Shown here: one piece after another, positions 29,069 through 45,437 of the stretch | Position numbering within the stretch: position 1 is the first letter of the stretch | How the letters are laid out: each line of letters starts with the position of its first letter | Assembly (NCBI GenBank): GCA_964016885.1 | Contig: OZ024751.1 | Coordinates: 49,352,001-49,416,000, forward strand | DNA from: Eledone cirrhosa | Taxonomy: Eukaryota | Reading direction: 5' to 3' | DNA: 64,000 nt | Made by a program: the position numbers and the translations under genes | The notes under the pieces: model-generated | What the model was told of the DNA's origin: nothing | What the model saw: the letters and a program-made list of their open reading frames with translations, nothing else | Database searches by the model: none

Positions 29069-29335
29069 AACTTTTCTATTATAACTTGAGCCGACTTATG
29101 CAGCTTCATGTGAAAATGAGATTAATCATCTCATTTACACAGACGAGAAAATTATATATTCTCGCCTGTCTTCTGGTCCAGCAGTCGCAAGCGGTGGAAG
29201 GGACCGTCCTGACGATGGCCAGTGAAGCCTGAAATGCATAGACGGTTGTCCCCCTTGCTTCCGCTTGACATCACCCCGGTGTTTGCATAGCTACGGCTTC
29301 CCAATAGCGTATTTCTTTGGAGATACGAAATATTT
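29066..29335 (+). mobile_element. (TA)n-flanked HHR-bearing element
   Basis: Complex sequence between TA tracts, with hairpin 29110-29140 and an intact HHR. Confidence 0.6.
29203..29246 (+). ncRNA. Minimal type I hammerhead ribozyme
   Basis: Perfect stem I accgtc/gacggt; CTGACGA 29209-29215; t-ggc cagtgaa gcc-t; GAAA 29231-29234; palindromic tgca; AUA triplet. Extended pairing aagcgg/ccgctt and ggga/tccc. Confidence 0.85.
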
Positions 29336-29497
29336 ATATATATGTATATATAATAGTAGTATATATAATAGTAGTGGGTTATGTCCGTTGTAGTAGACCA
29401 CTCAGTCCATGGGACGAGTTTAGTAGAAGTAGTTCCACAACAGTTAGTTCACCATACCGAGAACAAATATTTCACCTTATTCAGATCCTCAGCTCGG

Positions 29498-29539
<42 letters not shown>

Positions 29540-29717
29540 AGAGAGTATTGAAGTTTGTTTGAAACATTGTGGAATAATAATAAAAATTGGTCGTTTTGGA
29601 AGCCTCAACAATGCAGATGGGTAAATCTCTGGGTAACAGAATCCGGTGGTGAAGAGAGAGATGTAAGAGGAAATGTAGAATGAGACGTATAGTGTGTAGA
29701 GGAACATAGGAAAGAGC

Positions 29718-29858
<141 letters not shown>

Positions 29859-30606
29859 GAGAGAGAGAGAGGGGGAGTCAGACAGAGAGAGAGAGAGAGA
29901 GAGAGGGGGAGTCAGACAGAGAGAGACATTTTTATTTAGGGAATCTAAGGGGAGGTATTCCTCAAATAACAATCTTCATCTTCATACCTGTTGGAAATTG
30001 TTATACACGTGTACATGTCAGCGCGTATGTGTGCTAGTGTGTAAGAATCATATTACGTATATGTGAAATTATATATGTGCGCAGTGAATATAACAAACTT
30101 CGTCTTAGTAATAGCCTGTATGCTCCTACACAACAAGAACTGCGCAGTCTCTAAAAACATCATTTAAATAGCGTTTGGTAAATGTTTAAAGAACAGCTTC
30201 TAACATATTCCGGCATAGAAAATCCGATTATTTATTTCCTAACATAGTAGAGCAGGAGGAATAGCAGTGAAGCATCTCCATCTTTAAGATCTGGTGAGGC
30301 TGGCAATGCCAAGGGCGGCGAAAGAGGGTCGGTGGGGTTGTTCACTGGGTCAGCCGGCTTTGCATTTAATATGACGCCTCAGTAGATTTATTTCTAACGA
30401 AACATTGTTTCCTTACACTTTTGATTTCCGTTAAAACTAATTGAATATATCCAATAAATAGCACTGGTAGAAATAAATGAAGTCATATATATCTATACGA
30501 GAGGTTTTATGTGAGTGTGTGCGTATGTATATATACGTGTGGTTCTATGAATTCATGCGAAAGTATACAGTTTTATCGCTTTCTCTCGACATATTCAGCC
30601 CACAGA

Positions 30607-30677
<71 letters not shown>

Positions 30678-30753
30678 CATCATTAACCCGTTATATACAT
30701 TCATGTAAGAGCACTGTAGGTTGTTGTCTTAAATGTCCCTATATTCAACTATA

Positions 30754-30874
<121 letters not shown>

Positions 30875-30901
30875 TTGAATATAGGGACATTATATATACC
30901 T

Positions 30902-30950
<49 letters not shown>

Positions 30951-30966
30951 AATATATATATATATG

Positions 30967-31086
<120 letters not shown>

Positions 31087-31277
31087 AATATATATATATA
31101 TATATATACATATATACATATATATATGCATATATAAATATATATATATATGTATATATAAATATATATATATATATATACAAATATACATATATATATG
31201 TATATATAAATATATATATATATGTATATATAAATATATATATATATATACAAATATACAAATATATATATATATAT

Positions 31278-31308
<31 letters not shown>

Positions 31309-31350
31309 TATATATATATATATATATAAATATATATATACATACATATA

Positions 31351-31552
<202 letters not shown>

Positions 31553-31828
31553 TAGACTTCTGTGTGTTCGCACAGGTATTTCTTCCTCTGTCCGATGAAT
31601 CGGGACACGGAAATAGAATATAAAAAACATTCGTATAAATTTCAAAATATAGATTCTGGCAAATGACAACAGCAAAAAAACAATAAGAAAATCCATACCT
31701 CCCTCTTGCCAACCAAAGATCCTAAATAAAGAACAATGATATAAATAAAGTCACTCCAAGTTTGATTTAGCTTAAAGTATGTTTTATTCTTCTCTAGTAA
31801 TTTCCCTTTAACATTATCTCTCTCTCTC

Positions 31829-31959
<131 letters not shown>

Positions 31960-32058
31960 GTATATATATGTATATATATATGTGAGTGTGTGTGTGTGTG
32001 AGTGTGTGTATCTATTCTCTCTCTCTCTCTCTCTCTCCCCCTCTCTCTCTCTCTCTCT

Positions 32059-32094
<36 letters not shown>

Positions 32095-32305
32095 ATATAT
32101 ATATATATATATATATTGATATATATATATATATAGAGAGAGAGAGATATATATATTTCCCTTATCGAGCCCTCTTTGGATTTTAGTCTTCAATTTTATT
32201 ATTATTACTATATATTTATATATATATATATGTATATATATATGTGAGTGTGTGTGTGTGTGAGTGTGTGTATCTATCTATTCTCTCTCTCACACACAGA
32301 CACAG

Positions 32306-32348
<43 letters not shown>

Positions 32349-32427
32349 ATATATATATCTTTATGTATATTTATGTATATATATGTATATATATATGTGA
32401 GTGTGTGTGAGTGTGTGTATCTATCTA

Positions 32428-32480
<53 letters not shown>

Positions 32481-32932
32481 CACACACACAGATATATATA
32501 TACACACACATATACATACATATATATATATATGTGTGTGTCTGTGTGTGTGTCAGTGTGTGTGTCGATACGTATGCATATATATATATATATACATATA
32601 TATACATATATATATATGTATGTATGTATGCATGTGTGTGTGTGTAAGTGGGTTTCATTTGTTTCCCTTTCTGCATTTATCTTTTTCCTTGAGTCTACAG
32701 TATGTCAGGCAGTTGACCTATGCCAATCTTACTCTATCCTCCTATACTCTAATACAAATCTTATCCACCAGGCCATACATTCTTTGCACGCAAGCTTAGA
32801 TGGAATTGAAGATGTTTACGCCCGATGCCTTAACTCTGGGAAAGCCGGCGGAAGTGGTCAGATGTTGGCAACAATCTGATAGTTGTGTTCTGCCACGCAC
32901 AAACAGGCACACATATGTACATAGGAACTTAC

Positions 32933-33001
<69 letters not shown>

Positions 33002-33168
33002 TACATACATATATATATATATGCATACATACATATATATATATATATATGCATACATGCATATATACATATATATATATATATATGCATACATGCATAT
33101 ATACATATATATATATATATATGCATACATGCATATATACATATATATATATATACATGCATACATGC

Positions 33169-33210
<42 letters not shown>

Positions 33211-33252
33211 GCATATATATATATATATATATATATATACATGCATACATGC

Positions 33253-33306
<54 letters not shown>

Positions 33307-33307
33307 G

Positions 33308-33346
<39 letters not shown>

Positions 33347-33441
33347 GCATACATGCATATATACATATATATATTATATATATATATATATATATATTTC
33401 TCTATATGGAAGTTTTTTCCCATTCGAAATATACGTTCGTA

Positions 33442-33577
<136 letters not shown>

Positions 33578-34019
33578 CATACATACATACATGAATACAG
33601 ATATAGTTCTGGGAGAAAAAGAGACACACACGAAAAACCCCCCAAAACAAAACATGGGCACATAGTCACTGATACACACTCGCACATACGTCTATGTTTG
33701 TGTAAGCATGTGAGTATGTGTGAGTATGTGTGTAGAGAAAGAATGTGATTATATAGTGCCCCTGTAGCAAATTCCATTCACAGGCTATTATGGATGAAGC
33801 TAAGGCTATACTAATGCCGAGCAATGGGATTGATCCCAGAACCAGCTGCTTGTAAATCTGATTCCAGATGCACTCAGTCATATATAACTACAGAAAGCAA
33901 ACAGAGTGGTGGAAAGAGTGATGAGAAAGGGATTTTACATGTACAGTTTATATATGTGTTTTTGTGCCCCTCTGATCGTGTGTGTATGTTTGCATGCATG
34001 TGTGTATATGTATGTACGT

Positions 34020-36445
34020 GTGTGTAAGTGTATGTGTGTGTTTGTGAGTGTGTGTATATATATATATATATGTGTGTGTATGTCCATGTGTGCAATTGCA
34101 TGTCCGGGTGTGTGAGTGTGTATATATAAATAGTTGTGTTTATGTATGTAAATGTATGTACGTGTGTGTGAGTATATATAAATATTTGTGTTTATGTGTT
34201 CAAATGCATGTACGTGTGTGAGTGTGTATATATAAATGTATGTGTTTATTTGTGCAAATGTATGTATGTGTGTGTGAGTGTATATATATACATATATGTG
34301 TTTATGTGTGTAAATTCATGTAAATGTGTGTGAGTGTGTATATATAAATGTATGTGTTTATGTGCGCAAATGTATGTATGTGTGTGTGAGTGTGTATAGA
34401 TAAATGTATGTGTTTCTGTGCGCAAATGTATGTACGTGTGTGTGAGTGTATATATATATACATATATGTGTTTATGTGCGCAAAAGCATGTACGTGTGTG
34501 TGAGTATATATAAATATATGTGTTTATGTGTGTAAATGCATGTACGTGTGCGAGTGTTTATATATAAAAGTATGTGTTTATGTGTGCAATGCATGAACGT
34601 GTATGTGAGTATGTATATATACATATATGTGTTTATGTGTCTAAATGCATGTATGTGTGTGTGAGTGTGTATATATAAATATATGTGTTTATGTGTGGAA
34701 ATGCATGTATGTGTGTGTGAGTGTGTATATATAAATGTATGTGGTTCTGGGCGCAAATGTATGTACGTGTGTGTAAATGTGTATATATACATATATGTGT
34801 TTATGGGTGTAAATGCATGTACGTGTGTATATATACATATATGTGTTTATGTGTGTAAATGCATGTAAGTGTGTGTGAGTGTATATATATGCATATATGT
34901 GTTTATTGGTGTAAATGCATGTACGTGTATGTGAGTGTGTATATATACATATATGTGTTTATGTGTGGAAATGCATGTATGTGTGTGTGAGTGTGTATAT
35001 ATAAATGTATGTGGTTCTGGGCGCAAATGTATGTACGTGTGTGTAAATGTGTATATATACATATATGTGTTTATGGGTGTAAATGCATGTACGTGTGTAT
35101 ATATACATATATGTGTTTATGTGTGTAAATGCATGTAAGTGTGTGTGAGTGTATATATATGCATATATGTGTTTATTGGTGTAAATGCATGTACGTGTGT
35201 GTGAGTGTGTATATATACATATATGTGTTTATGTGTGGAAATGCATGTATGTGTGTGTGAGTGTGTATATATAAATGTATGTGGTTCTGGGCGCAAATGT
35301 ATGTACGTGTGTGTAAATGTGTATATATACATATATGTGTTTATGGGTGTAAATGCATGTACGTGTGTATATATACATATATGTGTTTATGTGTGTAAAT
35401 GCATGTAAGTGTGTGTGAGTGTATATATATGCATATATGTGTTTATTGGTGTAAATGCATGTACGTGTATGTGAGTGTGTATATATACATATATGTGTTT
35501 ATGTGTGGAAATGCATGTATGTGTGTGTGAGTGTGTATATATAAATGTATGTGGTTCTGGGCGCAAATGTATGTACGTGTGTGTAAATGTGTATATATAC
35601 ATATATGTGTTTATGGGTGTAAATGCATGTACGTGTGTATATATACATATATGTGTTTATGTGTGTAAATGCATGTAAGTGTGTGTGAGTGTATATATAT
35701 GCATATATGTGTTTATTGGTGTAAATGCATGTACGTGTGTGTGAGTGTGTATATATACATATATGTGTTTATGTGTGGAAATGCATGTATGTGTGTGTGA
35801 GTGTGTATATATAAATGTATGTGGTTCTGGGCGCAAATGTATGTACGTGTGTGTAAATGTGTATATATACATATATGTGTTTATGGGTGTAAATGCATGT
35901 ACGTGTGTATATATACATATATGTGTTTATGTGTGTAAATGCATGTAAGTGTGTGTGAGTGTATATATATGCATATATGTGTTTATGGGTGTAAATGCAT
36001 GTAAGTGTGTGTGAGTGTATATATATGCATATATGTGTTTATGTGTGTAAATTCATGTACGTGTGTGTGAGTGTGTATTTAAAAATATATGTGTTTATGT
36101 GTGTAAATGCATGTAAGTGTGTATATATACATATATGTGTTTATGTGTGCAAATGTATGTACGTGTATGTGAGTGTGTATATATAAATGTATGTGTTTAT
36201 GTGTGCAAATGTATGTACGTGTGTGAGTGTGTATATATAAATGTATGTGTTTATGTGCGCAAATGCATGTAAGTGTGTGTGAGTGTATATATATGCATAT
36301 ATGTGTTTATGGGTGTAAATGCATGTACGTGTGTGTGAGTGTATATATATACATATATGTGTTTATGGGTGTAAATGCATGTACGTGTGTGTGAGTGTGT
36401 ATATATACATATATGTGTTTATGTGTGTAAATACATTTACATGTG
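34020..36445. repeat. ~45-bp minisatellite with 270-bp higher-order repeat
   Basis: The monomer is like gtgtgtgagtgtgtatatataaatgtatgtgtttatgtgtgcaaatgcatgtac. The marker gtggttctgggcgc occurs at 34741, 35011, 35281, 35551 and 35821. Confidence 0.92.
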
Positions 36446-36768
36446 TATGTGTTTGTGGAAATATGCTTCAATGAATGACACAGAACGACCTCGTCTTGAC
36501 CGAGTGTATAATACGATGCCTAAAACGACGAAGCGGATATAGGTTTAACGTGCTGTCGCATTGAATAAACACTCGCCTGCTGAGCGATATATTCGGCTCG
36601 CTGGTCAAAATTGCTCGCAATTGCGATTGTTAACGCAAAGAGGCCAGAGAACTGTCGACTGTTCACTTAATAGTACTGTAGATTGTAGTCGTTGTTTATT
36701 GAAATATATTTAGAAACTTAATTTGAGAAAATAGAGATGATACCGAAAGGTGTGTTTAGGAGCGTATA

Positions 36769-36845
<77 letters not shown>

Positions 36846-36851
36846 GTGTGA

Positions 36852-36959
<108 letters not shown>

Positions 36960-37207
36960 GTGTGTGTATATATATATATGTGTGTGTGAGTGTATGTATG
37001 TATATATATATGTATGTATATATGCATGTGTGTGTGTGTGTGTGCGTGTGCGAGTGTGTGTATGGTTGGGTGTGTGTGTGTGTGTGTATAATATGCCTGC
37101 ATATGTTTGTCTATTATGTATAATGTATCGTGTAATTAAATTGAAGTGCCTTAAATAGTGGGTTCTGTTTGAAATAGGAGCACGTACGGTAGCACCCACA
37201 CACACAG

Positions 37208-37239
<32 letters not shown>

Positions 37240-37326
37240 TTATGTGTCTGTGTTATATATATATATATATATATATTTATGTGTCTGTGTTATATATATA
37301 TATATATATATATTTATGTGTCTGTG

Positions 37327-37376
<50 letters not shown>

Positions 37377-37386
37377 GTGTCTGTGT

Positions 37387-37417
<31 letters not shown>

Positions 37418-37432
37418 TTATGTGTCTGTGTT

Positions 37433-37497
<65 letters not shown>

Positions 37498-37625
37498 AGA
37501 GAGATGAAGAGAGAGAAGGGTGGATAGAAAGTAGTTGCATAAACACACACATTTATATAAATAAATAAATAAATATATATATATACATAGATATAACAAA
37601 TAGGAGGGAAAGAAAGAATGAATGA

Positions 37626-37661
<36 letters not shown>

Positions 37662-40602
37662 AACGGAATGACAAGTGGGGATGAAATATAGATACGATGG
37701 ATGGAAAAATATGCGGAAAATTCGATTCTTTAATTTGCCACACTCTATATCTATGTAAGTAATTGTTGGTAAGAAGACGTCGATAGATACAATTATAAGG
37801 CAATTTAAGACAATAGATGTTTTCTATTGATTTCCATATTGTGTTAATTGTAGGGAAAGGAATTATAAGGGGCTTTAAAATAATGTCAATTATTTTAATA
37901 AATACAACGTAGAGATGAAAGATGAAACGGATCGCGTTGTGATGAGCGATGGATTCGTTTGTTCATAGGGAAAAAAAAAAAATCTTATATTTCTCAGTTC
38001 TGTGTGATCACGTTTGTGTTTATATGTTTAGTTGAATGGAGTGGAATAGAATGGAATCAAATGGATCAGCGTCAGTTTCGACGATGCGTAGTCCCACTTC
38101 TTTGATCAATGGAGATGCTTGAACATGCAGTTAATGTCTACGTGGCCGGCCAATTCATAGATATGTTTATCATTAATGTAATTTTGAGAGAAATTCTATG
38201 TAAGAGAATGCAAGAAGTGTGGTTTTAAATTTACAGGCACAGTGTAACCAACGGGTTTCCAAATTATTCCGTTCACATGTCATGTTTCAAACCGGGGATT
38301 TATGATAAATGACATTTATCTAAGATCTAATTATTGTGAAGTGAATACCTCTACTATTCGACCATGATACGACTACATGTAGTTACCTCTATTTTATATA
38401 TATTTAGTTGTACATATGTCTAGGCGGCTCCTGATAACAGTCTTTAGAGCATCGGATTAAAATGTTTTGCATTTTTAGTTCTGGGTCTTTGAACTCTGTT
38501 TTCAAAACATTCCGAAATCAATTTTGAACTTCATTCTTTCGAGGTCGATATATGAAGTGCCAGTGCTAAGGGCAGCGGATTGTCAAAACTAATAGAACGT
38601 CAGACATGGCATCTTACTTTATATCATTCAGCACCTTCCATTCTCCTATGGGCAATGTGTCACTGGAAAGACGTCATTATTGTGAAAAGAGATCTGTATG
38701 CAAGGACATTTGTATATGCAACAGAGGGGAGGAATGTTCAAGTTCCACCTGAAACCTATCAGAAAGTGGCCCGTTAAACTGGGGAAATTTTTAAATTAAA
38801 TAGTTTTTTTGTCCAAAAGAAAAAAAAGACGCCAGTGGGAAATACCTACTTTATATGAATGGCGATTGTCCGCATAATATGATTGAATCCTGGTGAAATA
38901 TGCTTGAGAAACGAAATGTGTACCCATACGATTAAATTTAGCCCCACATATTTTCCTTTGAATTTCAAAATAAATTAATTCTTTCATCAGTGAAGTGAAA
39001 TTAAACCATTATATTTATTGTCGAACTCAACTGAATAAAGTGTGTGTTAGGGTCAGATGAAATAAGGACAAAGATACTCTGTATTCATGTTATCTTAATT
39101 TTTTTTAAATCACACCGTGCTGTTTTATTTATATATGTGTATTTTTCTTAACCATTTATGCAAACATTCACGGCTGTGGAGTTGGTTATAATTCAAAATC
39201 TAAAATAGACCATCTCAGTTTTATTTTTAACAGAAAACACACTTAAGTCAATAAAAGAAAATATAATCTTTAAAGGAATATTCAAAAATAGTGAAAGATT
39301 TGCAAATATAATTGAATGCTTTCACGGCTGTAGACTTGGCAGAGTTGGTGAAAAGAAAAAAAATGACGTGAATGTTAAATTTCCCGAGTGTATTTACATA
39401 GATATATAGTATGTATTATAGATATTATGTCACGTTTTAAGGTGGTCGATTTGGTAGAGTCAGTAGTTGTTTGTTTAGGAATCTGAGTTCTCATTTCAAA
39501 TCCCACTGATGCCCGATTTGCCTTTCATCCTTTCAAGGTTGCTGAGGTAAGTAGCAGGTCAATCCTAGTGCATTTCTCTCTTCTTTCTGATGTCACAGCT
39601 TTGCTGTTCTGCTGGATTAAGGGCACATGCCTAAACGTGACTGCATAAGTAAGTAAAACCCTTAAAGAAATCATGGTACATGCTACCAAGTCCTACACGA
39701 TTACAACTGACTCCTGTAAAGTATGTCATATTTAATAAGTCTAATATTGTTATAAATTCTGGTTTTTTTCTTCCTATGTTCGAGTTCTGCTTTTCATCCT
39801 TCTGACATCGTTTAACCAATGTACACATATACATGGACGGTGTTCAAGCCAATTGGTAGAGAGTTGTCTTAACTTGTGTACGGCTTTCACACTGACTGTG
39901 TGAGTTTCACCCCGTCATTAATGATCAGTTGTGTCTATATATCCTTGCTTAAGTTTTGAAAGTATCCATCATTGTCATAGAAGACTTGAAATATGAGCAG
40001 AAAAGATTTGTCCCGGAAAATCATTATTGTAAGTATTGGTTCATAGGCATCGAGGCTGCCCTTGGTCAATATGGGGACAGATTAGCAGAAGGTACACGAA
40101 GGAAACAAATGAATAAAAGGGAACTGGTCTAGAAGAGAAAGAAAGGAAGATATGTATGTGGAAGTGGATGGGAGATATGAAGCAAAGAAGTTAAATAATA
40201 GAAATAGTGAGTATAAGAATACTGAGAGAGAAACAGTAAAATCATTGATATATAAACGCATACACAGACACATACAGGCACACACAGGCATATACACATA
40301 TGTATGAATATGTACATGTATAGTTTTATGTGTGGGAGCGTATGGATATGTATTTGTAGGTTTAATAACAAGCTATGATATGATATGAAATAATTGTTAC
40401 ATTTCCAAGGAATATCGTTCTCGATCGATATAGCACTAACCATTTTATTATGTCATTTCGTTAATAATGAGAAACCAGTATAGTATCGATGCAAACGATA
40501 TGTTACCAGATATTATTGTTACATATACACACACACCTACACAGACACACACACACAGACCCAGACACACAGACTCACAGACACACATACATATATATAT
40601 GC

Positions 40603-40672
<70 letters not shown>

Positions 40673-41145
40673 GCGTGTATGTATGTATATATATATATAT
40701 AGATGTGTGTGTGTAAATATATATATATGTGAAAGAAAAGAAATATATTTTATATTTCAGCATTTAAGGGGTTAGTCGTTTAAATGGTAACACTACCTTC
40801 CTGGGACATATAGAGATGTGAGCTCGATTCCCATAGGTGATTACACATTTTATGCGACTCGTTAGATCAGTTTATACTCTCGAACTTTGTCAGAACTATC
40901 TTCTAGTGATGATTAAGCGTCGTGGTTATTTACTTCACAGCAAAATTAATATATTAAACAAAGGATTTCCTTAATCTAGATAGTGACCAGAGGTAGAGCC
41001 TATTCGTGTTACAGGTGCATTAAGCGAAGGAGATACACGTCTCCTCTCCGAGAGCCAGGCCAGTCAGTCACTCCTATTGCTTGGTACTCCTCTTTAGATG
41101 AGTTGTCTAGAATAACATAAATCATTATAAATAACCGGCGGTGGA

Positions 41146-41328
41146 CGCTGGATTGGCAGATAGGTAGAAGGTCGGACAACATGCTTTCCAGCATAGAGTT
41201 ACGGTCTGAGTTCAAATCCCGCCGAGGTTAACTTTGTCTTTCATCCTTACGCGGTCGATAAAATAAAGTACCAGTAATGTACTGGAATAATTGCTGCCTT
41301 GTGCTAACAGGTAGAAACAATTATTAAT
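41146..41328 (+). mobile_element. SINE family A copy
   Basis: Same head, central block and tail as 28248-28410. Confidence 0.8.
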
Positions 41329-41329
41329 A

Positions 41330-41657
41330 ACCGGCATTCTGTCGGCTACGACGACGAGTGTTCCAGTTGATAAGATCAGCGGATAAGACTGCTCGTGAAT
41401 TTAACATTCAAGTGGCTGAGCATTCCACAGTAAATTCTACCCTTAACGTAGTTCTCAGGGGGATTCAGCATAAAACAGAATGCGACAAGGCTGGACCTTT
41501 CGAATTACAGGTATAACTCATTTTTGCCAGCTGAGTGGACTGGAACAACGTGAAATAAAGTGTCTTGCACAAGGACACAAACCACCGCCGCAAATCGAAC
41601 ACACGACCTTACTATTATGAACCGAATGCCCTAATCATACGGCTACACGCATTCACA
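41330..41657 (-). mobile_element. SINE with family-B head and a different body (tail-to-tail with SINE A)
   Basis: cagctgagtggactggaacaacgtgaaataaagtgtcttg block. The body ttccacag...attcagc is also seen degenerate at about 6840-6920. Confidence 0.7.
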
Positions 41658-42735
41658 TGAAACAAAGATCCTTGATTAAAGCACAGTGTGTTACATAGTG
41701 TGTAAAGTGAAGTCGTGATCTATTATGCTAGAAAATATGAGTTCTGATGTTCTATTATTCTTTGAGAAATTGGTAAAACGTGAAATACTTTGTAACAATT
41801 TGTCTAAATTTCATTGAAGCTAAATATTCATAACATTTAAAATTAAAAATAATAATAAAAGAATTTTTTGAAGTAATGTTCAACCAATGATTTTCGTATT
41901 TGTTAAATGAATTTTAAAAGCTGCAATTAATGTTGACGATCACTCTTACGTGCACGAGCATATGGTTAAATAGACATACACAATTATGTATGTACATACA
42001 TGCATACATACATGCATACATACATATATACATACATATGTACGTAGACAGAATAGAAGCAACCAAACGCGCATACACACAGGAACACACACACACACAC
42101 AAACACACACATATATAAATATACATACACACACACATATATATATATATAGATATAGACTGACATACATACACAAATATATACATATATACTTTCATAA
42201 ATACATATTCATACACATATATATATATTGTGCATAAGTACATACGTTCATTCCTACATACATACACACATACATACCAAATTATAATGCATTCCCGTAC
42301 AACTATGTATAATCACAGATATATGCTGGAAGGAAGAAGAAAAAAACGTTTTATGAAATGCTGTAGAATAATAACTACATTGTAAACCTAAAAGAAAATT
42401 AAATAAATGAAATAAAAATGAGAAACCAACGTAACAATAGATATTCCGATTCCCTGCAAAGACAAAAGACATGAAATTAACCAAAACATGATTACTAAAC
42501 GTCTAGACACATATGGGAATATGAAGTGAAACACGCAATACAGACATTAATAATTGCTGGAAGATGAGGGGAAGGTTAGACGTGAAGAGAAAGAGATGAT
42601 ATTAACACTGACAGTGGTCTTCAATGAACAGAGTATGTTTTTATGTGAAGGGTGAATTATGTGTTTTATAGAGAGGCGTAGAGAGGCTATAGAGAGAGAG
42701 TGTGTGAGATAGAGATAGAGATAGATAGATAGAGA

Positions 42736-42791
<56 letters not shown>

Positions 42792-42979
42792 TGAAAGTGG
42801 AACGCAGGCACACAGACACAGACACACATACATATATATATAATACCCATATGTAGTCTTATGTAAGCATATAACACATACATAGACAAACGTACACATA
42901 CACAGACACATATATAGGTATATTTACGTGCGTATATTTATATATATATATATATATGTATACATATATACAGTATATG

Positions 42980-43046
<67 letters not shown>

Positions 43047-43399
43047 TCATATATATATATATATACTCATTTACTAGTTCAATTACTTGGCCTTTGGCCA
43101 TGCCTTGAGCAACACCTTCGAGGGTTTTAGTCCGATAATGTTACCTACCCCTCAGGAAATATTTCTGTTCGAAACATATTATATATCGGTCTCCTTATTG
43201 AAAGGCTAATTTGGAAGTTTATTGTGTAAAGAGACATGAATTAAATTGGCAGTTTATTCTGTTCTCTACATGTTAACAAAAAGTGTATATTAGATTTATT
43301 ATCTGTGGTTATATTTTAATGAAATTATGTGCCGGAAAAAGGAAATATATATATAAGTGTATAAAGCGTGTTAGGTCAAATAATAGTTGGACAAATCTG

Positions 43400-43805
43400 T
43401 GGTCAGTCAATTCATCAGTTCATCCTCCCTATCCGTCGTTCGTCAATTCATCGTCCGTCAATTCATTATCTCTCAATAAATTGTCCGTCAATGCATCGTC
43501 CGTCAATGCATTTTCCGTCAATGCACCTTCCGTCAATGCATCGTCCGTCAATCTAACGTCTGTTATTCCAGCGTTGGTTAATCCATCGCCCCTCAATCCA
43601 TTGCTTGTTAATCTATTGTATATTCATCCATCGTCCGTCAATGCATCTTCCGTCAATGCATCGTCCGTCAATGCATCTTCCGTCAATGCATCTTCCGTCA
43701 ATCTAACGTCTGTTATTCCAGCGTTGGTTAATCCATCGCCCCTCAATCCATTGCTTGTTAATCTATTGTATGTTCATTCATCGTCCATCAACCCATCGTT
43801 GTCAT
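43400..43805. repeat. 15-bp tandem repeat (tccgtcaatgcatcg-like) with an internal ~150-bp duplication
   Basis: The cgtcaat motif recurs every 15 bp. The block atctaacgtctgttattccagc occurs at 43551 and 43701. Confidence 0.85.
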
Positions 43806-44809
43806 ATAAATTTGACATAATATCAAATCTTCGTCAGGTCAAAAACGTACCACATCAAATTTCACTAGTTTAAATTGTCGCTATTTTAATTCATCAATTG
43901 AAAATTCCTTGCCAAGCAAATTCGACGTTTAGTCAATTGCTTGGTCAATGCGTCTTTGAGTCAATTCTTCATCACCTCGATTGCAGGCCAGGAAAATACA
44001 TCGACAATATAATTCTTCGACAATTCGTCGACAAGACACTTTGTCGACGGGTCCATACATAGTCAATTATTTTGTAAACGGAACCATGTATTGTCGTTCG
44101 GTAAATTCGTGTCCAGTTCAATTCGTCTTTAGGTAAATTCTTTGCCCGGTCAATATTTGTCACCAGGAGAATTCGTCGGCGGTTTATTCATCCCCTTGTA
44201 TTTATGTTACTCAATGGTTAGGATTTTGGACTCTCGATTGACAAATCAGTTTCCTAAGCTCAAATCACGCTGAGGTAATATATATAGTCCAGCAAGGGTT
44301 TATATATAATGTAATTTCTCATTTCCCGAAATTGCTGGCATTGTGCTAAAGTTAGATAGTATTCTAACAACAACAACAACAACAAAAATAATATTAATAA
44401 TAATAATAATTGTGTTTATTATGATCATTACTATTGCTATTACTGTTGTTGTTATTATTATTATTATCATGGCGACGTCGATTATGATATATATGTGTGG
44501 CTATTGAAATAGTGTTATAATTAAGCATTATTTGGTGACTGTCATCATTATATAACAGGAGTTGTTTTTATGATTACTATTGTTGCAGACATTGATTAAG
44601 CTTATTGGACAAGTCTAAAAAATTATCGAAAGACACGTATATGCAACACAGAGAAAATAACGAGCCTAAGGTATAAGTAAACACAGAGCAAATAATAATA
44701 TAAACACAGAAAATAAACCAATTCTCTTGCACGATGAAGCCGTACGAGGATATTTATTATTTTTCACCCTCACTCTCTCTGTATGACTCTCTCTATATAT
44801 CTATATATC

Positions 44810-44869
<60 letters not shown>

Positions 44870-44910
44870 TATATACATGTTTATATAGATAAATACATAT
44901 ATATATATAC

Positions 44911-44967
<57 letters not shown>

Positions 44968-45391
44968 AGTATGTAGTATGGTATCCGGCAAAAATGACGG
45001 GGTTTATAGTAAAACAATGTTAATTCAAATGATGCTTGATTCCTCGAATTTCTCTGGTCTTCTTGTAATTTGTTCATCATATTTCATTTTACATTTATTT
45101 AAATCAATTACAATATTTCTTCTCCAACAATTTATTTAGTATTTAGCAAATATATGTCCACAAATATATCTACCTATATATTTATGTATGTGTCTCTATC
45201 TATCTGTCTGTCTGTATTCGAACTATTATTGTGATTAGTGCATTAATATTTATTTTCTTCTTCTCCGAAGGTAGGTACTTTGATAAATATACATAAATAA
45301 AAAGCTATGATTCAGACAGACATATAGACGTTTAGGCTGACAGATAGTTGGCTAGATAGATCGGTGGATAGATATATGGATGTATATATAC

Positions 45392-45437
<46 letters not shown>

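Noticed and set aside
32690-32900. Possible host exon
   Set aside because: No recognisable protein motif and no convincing splice pair; it cannot be supported without a search.
40765-40845. tRNA-like sequence
   Set aside because: Only degenerate A/B-box similarity with no acceptor stem; at most an old SINE head.
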